A stretch of 64,000 nucleotides of DNA, taken from contig JAPYUM010000002.1 of assembly GCA_029940535.1 (NCBI GenBank), positions 19,264 to 83,263 on the forward strand, given 5' to 3'. This DNA comes from Vicinamibacterales bacterium. Lineage in GTDB: Bacteria; Acidobacteriota; Vicinamibacteria; Vicinamibacterales; UBA8438. The notes under the pieces were generated by a model. The model saw nothing but the letters and a program-made list of their open reading frames with translations. It was not told where the DNA came from and searched no databases. Shown piece after piece: positions 55,966 through 64,000 of the stretch. Position 1 is the stretch's first letter. The number at the start of each line of letters is the position of its first letter. A program made the translations under genes and the position numbers.

Positions 55966-57642
55966 GGTCGTGATACCGCGGTAGCTGACGACCAGCACGG
56001 TCACGTCGTCATTCTGCGCCGCACCCGCGGTGAAGGTCTTCACACTGGAGAACAGGTGTTCGAGCTGGGTCTGGGCGTCGTGAGCTGATCCGTCGATGCT
56101 GGACTGAATCCGTTCGTCTTCGAATTCCTCGCCTTCGGCATTCATGGCCTCGGAGACACCGTCGGAGAAGGTGACCACGAAGTCGCCCGGCTCCATCGTG
56201 ACGGTCCCCTGGTCCAGCGGAGTGGGGTCAAACAACCCCAGCGGCATCCCCCCGGTTTCCAGACGCTGTATGCCATTGCGCCCCACGAGAAACGGCGGGT
56301 TGTGGCCCGCGTTGCAGTAGGAGAGCTCACCCGTCGCACTCAGCACCGCATAGAACAGCGTCACGAAACGCGCCTCGATGCCTCGGTGAACCAGAGCCGA
56401 ATTCACCCCGCTGAGCGTCTTGGCCGGACCCGCCGCGGTGATGCTCTGGGCCGCCAGGCTCCCCTGCAGCAACGCTCCGAGCAACGCGGCCGGCGGCCCC
56501 TTGCCAGACACGTCGCCCAACGCAAAGCCGAAGCTGCCGTCCGGCAGATCGACATACTCGAAAAAATCGCCGCCGATCGATCGGCACGCCAACATCTCCG
56601 CCGCCGCGTCGAAGAACGCGCCGGCCCGGTTGCGGGTCGGCAGCAACGCCTGCTGAATCTGGGCTGCCGTCGCCATCTCCTGGTCAAGCCGCGCCTTTTC
56701 GAGGGCGTCCCGATACAACTGCGCGTTGTCGATGGCGACGGCGGCCTCCGCCGCCAGGGCGTCCAGCGTCTGCCGGGTCCCATCGTCCAGGAGCGTCCCC
56801 TTCTCCCGGCTGTCCAGATAGAGCACCCCGATCCGACGGTCTTCGGTCGTGCTCTCAGCCGACTCGACATAACGCACGAGCCGCAACGGCACACAGAGCA
56901 CGTTGCGGATCCCGAGGGCCACCGTTCCCATATGCTGGTTGGCCAAGTCGCCGTCGAGCAGGTCCGCCTCCATTCGCGACTGCCCCGTGCGGTACACCTC
57001 CTCGGGTATCTTCTTGCTGGTCTCGAAGCGACTGCCGGGCAACGATTTGCGGTCGCGTGAACGACCCAGCTTGAATTCCAACCCCTGCGCATCGGTCTCC
57101 GACAACATGATGAAGCCGCGCTCGGCCCCAGCCACCGCGATGGCAGAGTCGATGACCAACGCCAGCACTTCGTCCAGCACCTTGCCGGAGCTGAGGGCGC
57201 GCAACCCCTCCAACAACACCGCCACCTGGTGCATCTGGCCGATGGCCACGGTGCCACCATCGTCGGTGACCCCATCCGCCAACTGGAAGACCATCTCGGC
57301 CCCACCGCTCCGCCCCAGCTTGATGCGATCACCATGCGCGAGCTGTCGCTCGGTGACTTCGTCGCCGTTGACGAACGTGCCATAGCGGGAACCGCGGTCA
57401 CGCAGTTCGTAGCCGGCACCGACGGCGACGATTTCTGCGTGGTCACGAGAGACTTCGCCGCTAGGCAGATGGAGGTCGCTCGTGACCCGCCGACCCATCT
57501 GGAACGGATCCTTCGAGATTTCGACGACACGCCGACCTAGCTCATCGGTAACTTCAAGTCTGGCCTGAACCATGGATTGTCTTCGCGTGGCACCGCCCGG
57601 AGGCAGCTCAGAGATTGGATCGCGTTCGAAGATGATACCCAA
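55963..57642 (-). CDS. FHA - GAF - PP2C/SpoIIE-type protein phosphatase
   Basis: N-terminal FHA (FQMGRR...VSRDHAEI...GSRYGTFVNG), a central GAF and a C-terminal SpoIIE domain (GGDFFEY...GDVSGKG...TDGVSEA...DDVTVL). Confidence 0.88.
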   Translation of the reverse strand: MGIIFERDPISELPPGGATRRQSMVQARLEVTDELGRRVVEISKDPFQMGRRVTSDLHLPSGEVSRDHAEIVAVGAGYELRDRGSRYGTFVNGDEVTERQLAHGDRIKLGRSGGAEMVFQLADGVTDDGGTVAIGQMHQVAVLLEGLRALSSGKVLDEVLALVIDSAIAVAGAERGFIMLSETDAQGLEFKLGRSRDRKSLPGSRFETSKKIPEEVYRTGQSRMEADLLDGDLANQHMGTVALGIRNVLCVPLRLVRYVESAESTTEDRRIGVLYLDSREKGTLLDDGTRQTLDALAAEAAVAIDNAQLYRDALEKARLDQEMATAAQIQQALLPTRNRAGAFFDAAAEMLACRSIGGDFFEYVDLPDGSFGFALGDVSGKGPPAALLGALLQGSLAAQSITAAGPAKTLSGVNSALVHRGIEARFVTLFYAVLSATGELSYCNAGHNPPFLVGRNGIQRLETGGMPLGLFDPTPLDQGTVTMEPGDFVVTFSDGVSEAMNAEGEEFEDERIQSSIDGSAHDAQTQLEHLFSSVKTFTAGAAQNDDVTVLVVSYRGITT

Positions 57643-57663
57643 ACGCCGTACCCGCCGTCGAGG

Positions 57664-57933
57664 TCACGACCCGCGTCGACGCTGCCCCCACCACAGAGTC
57701 AGCGCACTGCCGCCCCACACCGCCGCGGACGCCACCCTGGCCACGGGGACTTCCAGCCAGCGATCGACGGCCACGGCCACCAACACCAGCGCAAGCACCG
57801 TGACCCACAACCAGAGCGGCGGCCGTCTGACCGCCGCCGCCGGCTCGCGCTGACGGACCGTGGTGCTGGTCCCACAACGAAAGCAAATCAGGGCGTTGTC
57901 GGCGATCTCGGTTTGACACGTGGCACACTGCAT
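57664..57933 (-). CDS. zinc-ribbon domain membrane protein
   Basis: [21 protein letters not shown] zinc ribbon followed by two hydrophobic helices. Confidence 0.6.
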   Translation of the reverse strand: MQCATCQTEIADNALICFRCGTSTTVRQREPAAAVRRPPLWLWVTVLALVLVAVAVDRWLEVPVARVASAAVWGGSALTLWWGQRRRGS

Positions 57934-57954
57934 GACGTCGCTACACGCTCTCGC

Positions 57955-58947
57955 TCAACTCGGCTGGCGGCGGAGACGGCGAGATACGCGGGCCAGCTCC
58001 ACCAACATCTCTTCCAGCTCACGACGATACGTCTCCGGGCTCATCTGATCCTTCATCGCCCGTAACGCCTGTATGTCTTCGATCAAGACGTTTCGCCTGG
58101 CCACCAGCGGGGCGAGTTTCGGATCGGTGACGACGCCGGCCCCGGCCGGCCCGGCTCCGAGAAACTGGCTAGCCGCCCTCAGCCCGTCCGGCCCCGGCTG
58201 CCCCGCCTCGCGGCCTCGGCCATCGCCGCTGTCGTCCAGGAGCGCCCGTTCGGTCGACAGGCGACCCTGGTCCTGATACCAGCGCCGCACTCCACGGCTG
58301 GCAAAGTCGAACGCCTCGAGAATCGAGACCCGACCGTTCTTGTCCGAGTCCCCCGCGCGCGCCTCGAACGCGGCCACGAAAAACTCCGGAAAGACGGTGT
58401 CATAGCGTTGGACGGTCGACTCGGTGGCGGTGACGATCGTACGTCGACGACCTGACAATCGCTCGATGAACGGCGAGCTGACGCTTGTCGTGTTCACCAC
58501 GACCACCCGACCGGGCACCCGGTCCAACCACACGCTCCACTCGCGGGCTTCGAGATCCGGCCCCACCAGATTGAATTTCGCGTCGATCCCGTCGAACGAC
58601 CCATGCCCCATCAGCACCACATAAAGCACGGCCTCATCGTCCATGCGCTCCGACAGACGGTCAACCGCCTGTCTGACGCCGTCGCGCGACGCGCGGCCAA
58701 CCCCGGGACCCGGAGTCTCCGCCAGTACGATCAGATGCTGATCGTCGAACCCCGGCACATTCCGAAGGACGGTCACCAGCCTCGACCGCCACTCGTCATG
58801 CCGGGCCGCGTAGGCGGCACCACCCGAGGCACCGGTGATGAGCAGCGTGTACTGGTCCTGCGCCAGCACGGAACCGCCACCCATCACCCATATCGCGACC
58901 ACCGACAAGGCGACCCTCGCCCACCGCGGCGCGGGGGCGACACCCAC
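57955..58947 (-). CDS. secreted protein with caspase/legumain (C13)-like fold, catalytic Cys apparently not conserved
   Basis: LLITGAS...LIVLAE...LYVVLMGHGSFDG...VVVVNTTSVSSPF parallels the C13 order (His-Gly retained; EACESGS position reads NTTSVSS). The GTG at 58947 gives a signal peptide. Confidence 0.45.
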   Translation of the reverse strand: MGVAPAPRWARVALSVVAIWVMGGGSVLAQDQYTLLITGASGGAAYAARHDEWRSRLVTVLRNVPGFDDQHLIVLAETPGPGVGRASRDGVRQAVDRLSERMDDEAVLYVVLMGHGSFDGIDAKFNLVGPDLEAREWSVWLDRVPGRVVVVNTTSVSSPFIERLSGRRRTIVTATESTVQRYDTVFPEFFVAAFEARAGDSDKNGRVSILEAFDFASRGVRRWYQDQGRLSTERALLDDSGDGRGREAGQPGPDGLRAASQFLGAGPAGAGVVTDPKLAPLVARRNVLIEDIQALRAMKDQMSPETYRRELEEMLVELARVSRRLRRQPS

Positions 58948-58964
58948 GTGATACTGCGCCGCCC

Positions 58965-61178
58965 TCACCGCAGCCCCCACTGGCGGCGCAGAACCCACTC
59001 GGTCGACACCACCGCCAGCACCAGCCCAAACGCCCAGACCGTGTGCCACAGATCGTGTTCGGTCGTCGGCGCCGTGTCCGTCACGGCGGCGCCGAGTGTC
59101 TCGACCAACGTCTCAATGTCGTCGGCGAGCAGAAACCGACCACCGGTGGCGTCGGCGAGCCGTTGCAACACGGCGTCGTGCCGTCGCGGGTCCGTCAACT
59201 CAAGATCGGCGCCACCCACCAGCACCGACAGACCGGCTCGCCCGAGCTCGACCGCGTCCCGTCCTGCCGTTGCCGTTGCCGTGACCTCGTAAACGCCGCG
59301 GCCAGGACTCGGCACCTCAACCGCATACCGGCCCGGCTGCCCCACCACCGAGGTCACCGGCGCCTCGGTCACGTCGCCCTGCGGGTCCAGAATCCGCATC
59401 CGGACCGTGGCGTCGAGCACCGGGGAGAACGCCGCATCGGCGACCGACACGTCAAACCGAAGAGGAGCACCCTCGGACCGCCCGCCCACGGAACGCAGAC
59501 TCACCGGGTCGGGGGCGTCGGCCGCGAGCCACCGAACCGTCTGCCGCCAGAAACGGTCGTAGAGGTCGTCGTTCGACGGCGCCAGCATCTTCCACCGCCA
59601 GCTCGCTTCACCGGCAAACACCATGGTCCGGCCACGCCCGAACCGCTGGATCGCCACGAGAGGGACGGCACCCCTGCCCTCATCCTGCGTCGTGGCCAGC
59701 ACCGTCGTCCCGGGACGCGGGCGCCCGAGCGTCACGACGTGTCCGAAGGGCGGCGCCGACTCCCAGCGACGCCGGGTCGCGACCACGCTCTCGGCGAGGC
59801 GCATGACTGGATGCGCCGCCCCGTCTTCGGTGGGAGAGACCCGATGAGGCATCGATCGTCCGCCGGCCACGCGCGGGTCGCCGTCCACCCGCTGCGACGA
59901 CTCCAGCGGCAGCAGCCGGTCGAGCGTCGTGCGACGCAGGCCGCGTCCGTCGAGCGACCGCGCCCCCATCATCAGCAAGCCACCGCCCCGCTCCGAGACG
60001 AACGCGGTGGTCATCTCCACCTGACTCGGGCGCAGGGACGACGGGTCGACATTCGCCAGAATCACCGCGTCGTACGCGAACAACGCCTCGCGCGACGTGG
60101 GATAACCCTCGGCCAACGCGGCCACCCCACCGGCGGCGCCCTGAATGTAGAAGGTGCGCTCACCGCGATCGTTTTGTCCCTTGTGGATGACGGCGTCGAC
60201 CGCCAGGCCCGTGTCCGCCGACAGCACGCGTTTCAGAAAGGCGTGCTCGTGACCGGGGGCGCCTTCCACCAGGAGCAGGCGCCGGGGTCGTCCGGGCGGC
60301 GCCGCCAACACGGTGCGCCGGTTGTTCTCTGGCACAAACTCCGCGGGGTCGCGTGGAATCTCGACGGTATACACCGTCGACTCGTCCGGGTCCGGCGAGA
60401 CAGACACGACCTCGCGAATGACCGCACCGTCGCGAGGCGGCGTCACCCGGATGACACGGCTCGGTTGTCCGTTCGCCAGGACCCGGATCTCGAACGGCTC
60501 CGTCCCGAATCCGTGTGACACCGCAGCAATCCCGAGTTCGACGACCGATTCGCGTGCGGCCGCCTGGCCCAGGGTCACGTCGAGCAGCTCGCGATCACGC
60601 GCGATGGTCGGAGCGCCCACACCGACCGCGTACACGGGTGGCCCCGGAGGCATCTCCCCCACGCCTTCGCCGGTATCCCCACCATCAGACACCACCACGA
60701 GACCGGCCACGCGTCGGTCCGCATAGTGCTCACCCACCGCGTCGATGGCGCCCATCACGTCGCTGCGCCCCGCCTCCGGTCGCACCGACTCGAGATCGGT
60801 CCGGCTCACACTGTCGCCGAACCCCCACACCTCAACCTGGACCCGGTCGGCGAGGGACGGACCGATACGGTCGCGAATAAGCGCGACCGCCGCCTCTAGC
60901 CGCGACGCGCCGTCGGCATCGCGCAACGCCATGCTTCGCGACCGATCCAGCAGGACAGGCAGCACCGTGTCCGTCGGCGGCAAGGGCTCCAATCGCACCG
61001 GCTGGGCCAATCCCAGCAACAGCAGGACCAGGGCCACGAAACGCAGGCCCATGAGCACGCCACGCCGTCGCAGCGACAGCGGGATGAGGAGACCCGCGTA
61101 GGCGTAGAAGGCTACGGCACCGGCCCCGATGACCAGCAGGCACGCCATCCACCAGGGAAATGGAGCCGCGAATCGCAT
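58965..61178 (-). CDS. BatA-like membrane protein: N-terminal double-TM + VWA + GATase1-like C-terminal domain
   Basis: N-terminal double-TM (PFPWWMACLLVIGAG...; RFVALVLLLLGLAQP), VWA (VLLDRSRSM ... VVVSDGGDTG) and a later YDAVILANV...GGGLLMMG block. Confidence 0.7.
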   Translation of the reverse strand: MRFAAPFPWWMACLLVIGAGAVAFYAYAGLLIPLSLRRRGVLMGLRFVALVLLLLGLAQPVRLEPLPPTDTVLPVLLDRSRSMALRDADGASRLEAAVALIRDRIGPSLADRVQVEVWGFGDSVSRTDLESVRPEAGRSDVMGAIDAVGEHYADRRVAGLVVVSDGGDTGEGVGEMPPGPPVYAVGVGAPTIARDRELLDVTLGQAAARESVVELGIAAVSHGFGTEPFEIRVLANGQPSRVIRVTPPRDGAVIREVVSVSPDPDESTVYTVEIPRDPAEFVPENNRRTVLAAPPGRPRRLLLVEGAPGHEHAFLKRVLSADTGLAVDAVIHKGQNDRGERTFYIQGAAGGVAALAEGYPTSREALFAYDAVILANVDPSSLRPSQVEMTTAFVSERGGGLLMMGARSLDGRGLRRTTLDRLLPLESSQRVDGDPRVAGGRSMPHRVSPTEDGAAHPVMRLAESVVATRRRWESAPPFGHVVTLGRPRPGTTVLATTQDEGRGAVPLVAIQRFGRGRTMVFAGEASWRWKMLAPSNDDLYDRFWRQTVRWLAADAPDPVSLRSVGGRSEGAPLRFDVSVADAAFSPVLDATVRMRILDPQGDVTEAPVTSVVGQPGRYAVEVPSPGRGVYEVTATATAGRDAVELGRAGLSVLVGGADLELTDPRRHDAVLQRLADATGGRFLLADDIETLVETLGAAVTDTAPTTEHDLWHTVWAFGLVLAVVSTEWVLRRQWGLR

Positions 61179-61346
61179 CTGGCCCTAGCAGCCCGTGGTG
61201 GAAGTGCCGCTGCATTCGACGGGCGCTGAATCCCGGAGACCTGCGTTGTTCATCGGTCAAATACTACCGGTATTTTCCCTCTTCTCGCCTTGTTCGCCGG
61301 GTCCAGCGCCCGTCTCGGTGCGACGCGGCACTTTCACCACGGGCTG

Positions 61347-64000
61347 CTAGGGTGACCCCGGCTGCGTGGCCAACGACCGGTAGTACTGGTCGACCAGTCG
61401 GCGATAGCGTGGCGGCACCGGCGCCTCACGCCCGCCGGTCACACCGTCCCGCAGATCTGCCTCGGCCAGCGCTCGTGATCGCGCATCCTCGACCCGTTGC
61501 AGCGCCGTGTCGAGGTTGCGACGAAGTGAATCCCAGTTCGCGAAGTCCTGCTTGAACCCCTCCGAGCCGGGAGCGGACGCACTCGCCCAGTGCTCGGCCC
61601 ACGCGTCCAGATCTCGACGCAGCTCCGGGTTGTCGCGCCGCAGTTCCTCCAACAGCCCCGGAGTTCGCTCCAGGCCGGCCACATACTCGCGGCGCTGGCT
61701 CCCGTCGGACGACGCCTGGTCCGCGGGATCCCCTGGCGACACGTCGGGTGGTCCCCCCGACCGCGCGGACCCAGGCGTTTCGCCCCCAAGCCGCTGCAAC
61801 GCCCGGCGCAGCTCCTGAGCCGCATCGAGTTGCTCGGCGAGTTGTCGCGCTTCGCCGTCACGCTCGGTCCCGGCCCGTCGCAACTCCTCCGCGACCCCCG
61901 CCAGCACGTCAGCCAGCTCGGCTTCCTCCTCAGCCAGGCCGTCCCGATCAATCGACCCGGTCTCGCCGCCGGTGTCCATCGCCCGTAACCGGTCCGCCGC
62001 CGCGCGCATGCGGCGGGCGACCTCCTCCTGCGCCAGGGTCTCACGCGCCGCGCGGACCGCCCCGTCGGCCGGGTCGGCGCCCGGCTCGGCGTCACCCACA
62101 CCGCGCAAGTCGCGGTCGAACGCGTCTACCCGATCCGCGATCCGCTCCTTGTCATCGGCGAGTCGGGAACGCGCATCGGCGCTCCGGTTGTCAGCTTCCA
62201 CCTCGCCGACCTCGGCCGCCACCCGGCGCTGGGCCTCGGCGATCTGTCGCACCTCGAACTCCAATTCCGCCACGGCGTCCGCGCTGGCGTCGTCAGTCTC
62301 ACCACGGATTTTCTGTTCGAGGCGCCGCAGCTGATCGAGGACCTGTTCGCCGTTCGCGAGCGCCCGTTCCGCGTCCTCCCGGCGTAGTTCGCTCGTCGCG
62401 CGCCGCATCCCCTCGGCCGCCCGGTCGAGCGGCGCCCCATCAGACTGACCTTGGCCCTGTCCACCGCTCTGCGACCCGCGGGCCAACGCTTGCGCCAGCT
62501 GCTCGAGCTGCTCGCGGAGCGCCTGCTGCTCGCGTGTCAACCGCTCCAGCGCGCGGCGCCTGGTCTCCCCCGGTCTGTCCTCGTCGGGACGGTCCAGCTG
62601 CCGATTCAACTCCGCCTGGCGCTCGGCCAGCTCCCGCAGCCGCCGCAGGGTGTCGCTGACGTCTTCTCCGCCAGCCCCCTGTGGACGCGAGCTCGTCTCG
62701 TAGTTCGTTTCCTGATCACGACGCAGCTCACGGTCGAACAGCGCCGACAGATCCTCCTGGGCTTGCGTCCCCGGCGTCTGCGCCCCTTGCCCACGCTCCG
62801 TCGACACCTGCCGGCGGCGAATCTCAGCCTGCGCCGTGAGCAGCTGGTTCAGCGCCTCCATTTCGTGCGGCAGCGCGGCGTCGGTCTGCAGCTCCTGGAG
62901 CGCCAGTTGCGCCGAGGCCATCGCGGCGAGCGCGGTGGACATGGCGGTGTTCTGCGGGGCCGGTCCGGTCTCACCCGCCGCGCGGTCGCGCCCGCGTCCC
63001 CGGATCGTGTCGGCCGCCCGGGCGACACGGTCGCGCAGTTCGGCCTGCGCTCGCGCCACTGCCTGAATATCATCAGCCACCGCCTCGGTCCGGGTGAGGA
63101 CGTCGAGGCGCCACGTCGCGACGATGATCTCTTTCTGGATCCCCGCCAGATCACCTAACTGCTCGGCGTCGCGGCCCATCCCAGACTGGCTCTGCGCCTC
63201 CTCGAACTCGTTGTCGAAGGGACGTACTTCCAGAAAGAAGATGTCCGAGCGCGCCACATTCGAATGCCCCGTGTAGCCGAGGTCACTGGCGCGGGCGTAG
63301 TAGGTCAGAAAATCGCCAGGGGTGAGATCGAGATCCTCCGCGAAGAGCGTGTATCGGCCGCTCACGGACGCGGCCTGGGCGTCGGCATCCGACGGACCAA
63401 GGCGGAGGGCACGCTCGGTACGTCCCGCGACCGTGTACACCAGCTCGAGCGACCCGACCCGATAGTCGTCGTCGGCGCGCGCCTCGATGGCCACCTCTTC
63501 AAGTGCCGTGATTTCCCGATCGCCCCCCGGACGGAGCACCTGCACGTCGGGGGCGCGGTCCACCGTGGCGCGAATGAAATAGTCAATGTCAGCCGAGCTG
63601 CTCAGCCCATCACGGTCCCTCACGCCAAGGCGGTATTCGCCGTCCGTCTCGACGGTGAACGTCGCCTGCAGCGTCTCCGGCCCTTGGGGCTCAAGCCTCG
63701 GTCGTCGCCCGTCGCTGAGCACCAACCGCCCGCTCACGACCGGTGTATCGGCGTGCGCCGTCACCCGCACGGTCGTGCCGGCCGGGGCATAGATGTCTCC
63801 GCCGTCCTCCTCGACGCGCGGCGCCAACCCGGTAAACGCCGGATAGAGATACTCGACGTCGATCCGACGTATCCGCGGAGCCACCATCGCATCGATGCGA
63901 TACACCCGCGATCGGACCGCCGCGGCGCTCACGCGGTAGACAAAACTCTCGTCCACCGCCGGAAACTCAGCGAGGTAGCCGTCGCCGTCGAGGGCGGCCC
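61347..64000 (-). CDS. large Arg/Glu/Ala-rich coiled-coil protein of the Bat-like cluster (5' end outside window)
   Basis: The reading frame stays open upstream of the track's GTG (63956) to the window edge. It has an N-terminal Ig/beta-rich part, a long charged low-complexity region and the tail PPRYRRLVDQYYRSLA. Confidence 0.6.
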   Translation of the reverse strand, partial: AALDGDGYLAEFPAVDESFVYRVSAAAVRSRVYRIDAMVAPRIRRIDVEYLYPAFTGLAPRVEEDGGDIYAPAGTTVRVTAHADTPVVSGRLVLSDGRRPRLEPQGPETLQATFTVETDGEYRLGVRDRDGLSSSADIDYFIRATVDRAPDVQVLRPGGDREITALEEVAIEARADDDYRVGSLELVYTVAGRTERALRLGPSDADAQAASVSGRYTLFAEDLDLTPGDFLTYYARASDLGYTGHSNVARSDIFFLEVRPFDNEFEEAQSQSGMGRDAEQLGDLAGIQKEIIVATWRLDVLTRTEAVADDIQAVARAQAELRDRVARAADTIRGRGRDRAAGETGPAPQNTAMSTALAAMASAQLALQELQTDAALPHEMEALNQLLTAQAEIRRRQVSTERGQGAQTPGTQAQEDLSALFDRELRRDQETNYETSSRPQGAGGEDVSDTLRRLRELAERQAELNRQLDRPDEDRPGETRRRALERLTREQQALREQLEQLAQALARGSQSGGQGQGQSDGAPLDRAAEGMRRATSELRREDAERALANGEQVLDQLRRLEQKIRGETDDASADAVAELEFEVRQIAEAQRRVAAEVGEVEADNRSADARSRLADDKERIADRVDAFDRDLRGVGDAEPGADPADGAVRAARETLAQEEVARRMRAAADRLRAMDTGGETGSIDRDGLAEEEAELADVLAGVAEELRRAGTERDGEARQLAEQLDAAQELRRALQRLGGETPGSARSGGPPDVSPGDPADQASSDGSQRREYVAGLERTPGLLEELRRDNPELRRDLDAWAEHWASASAPGSEGFKQDFANWDSLRRNLDTALQRVEDARSRALAEADLRDGVTGGREAPVPPRYRRLVDQYYRSLATQPGSP

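Noticed and set aside
24441-55966. Shared peptide GSPRSGRVGFGAQPR in three unrelated track ORFs (24441..24686, 33942..35948, 55748..55966), which could be read as a conserved protein domain.
   Set aside because: It is simply the translation of the reverse-oriented family-1 DNA repeat. The copies are intergenic and the surrounding ORFs have no coding features.

Overview
High-GC bacterial chromosomal segment. The VWFA-related 'acidobacterial' domain protein and overall gene content suggest Acidobacteriota, but that is inference only. Most of the window is densely packed housekeeping genes, mainly on the minus strand: uvrB, greA, rarA, mutL, ppdK, glyS/glyQ, recO, mgtE, era, corC/tlyC-like, ybeY, phoH, aspS, hisS, moaA, gltA and ppx. 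I saw no rRNA, tRNA or CRISPR array by eye. Many long ORFs in the six-frame track are antisense 'shadow' ORFs typical of high-GC DNA and were not called. The points most worth a second look are listed here. (1) A secreted redoxin gene has an in-frame TGA exactly at the first Cys of its CxxC motif, followed by a SECIS-like hairpin, so it is a candidate selenoprotein. (2) An 849-aa fusion joins a radical-SAM/SPASM enzyme to a complete ArsM/AS3MT-type methyltransferase and lies directly downstream of msrPQ. (3) A large radical-SAM protein resembles the Tes/GDGT-MAS tetraether lipid synthase family. (4) Two dispersed intergenic repeat families are present, and one copy of family 1 is nested inside a TIR-bounded, MITE-like family-2 element. 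(5) Several decayed or non-canonical genes occur: sixA without a canonical start codon, a disrupted DUF983 gene, a truncated Ser/Thr kinase next to vapBC, and a patatin-like protein without its nucleophile Ser. (6) An imuA-imuB pair has no adjacent dnaE2. (7) A visibly AT-richer SET-domain gene is flanked by a repeat. All coordinates and motifs were read by eye from the sequence and ORF track; no database search was run.
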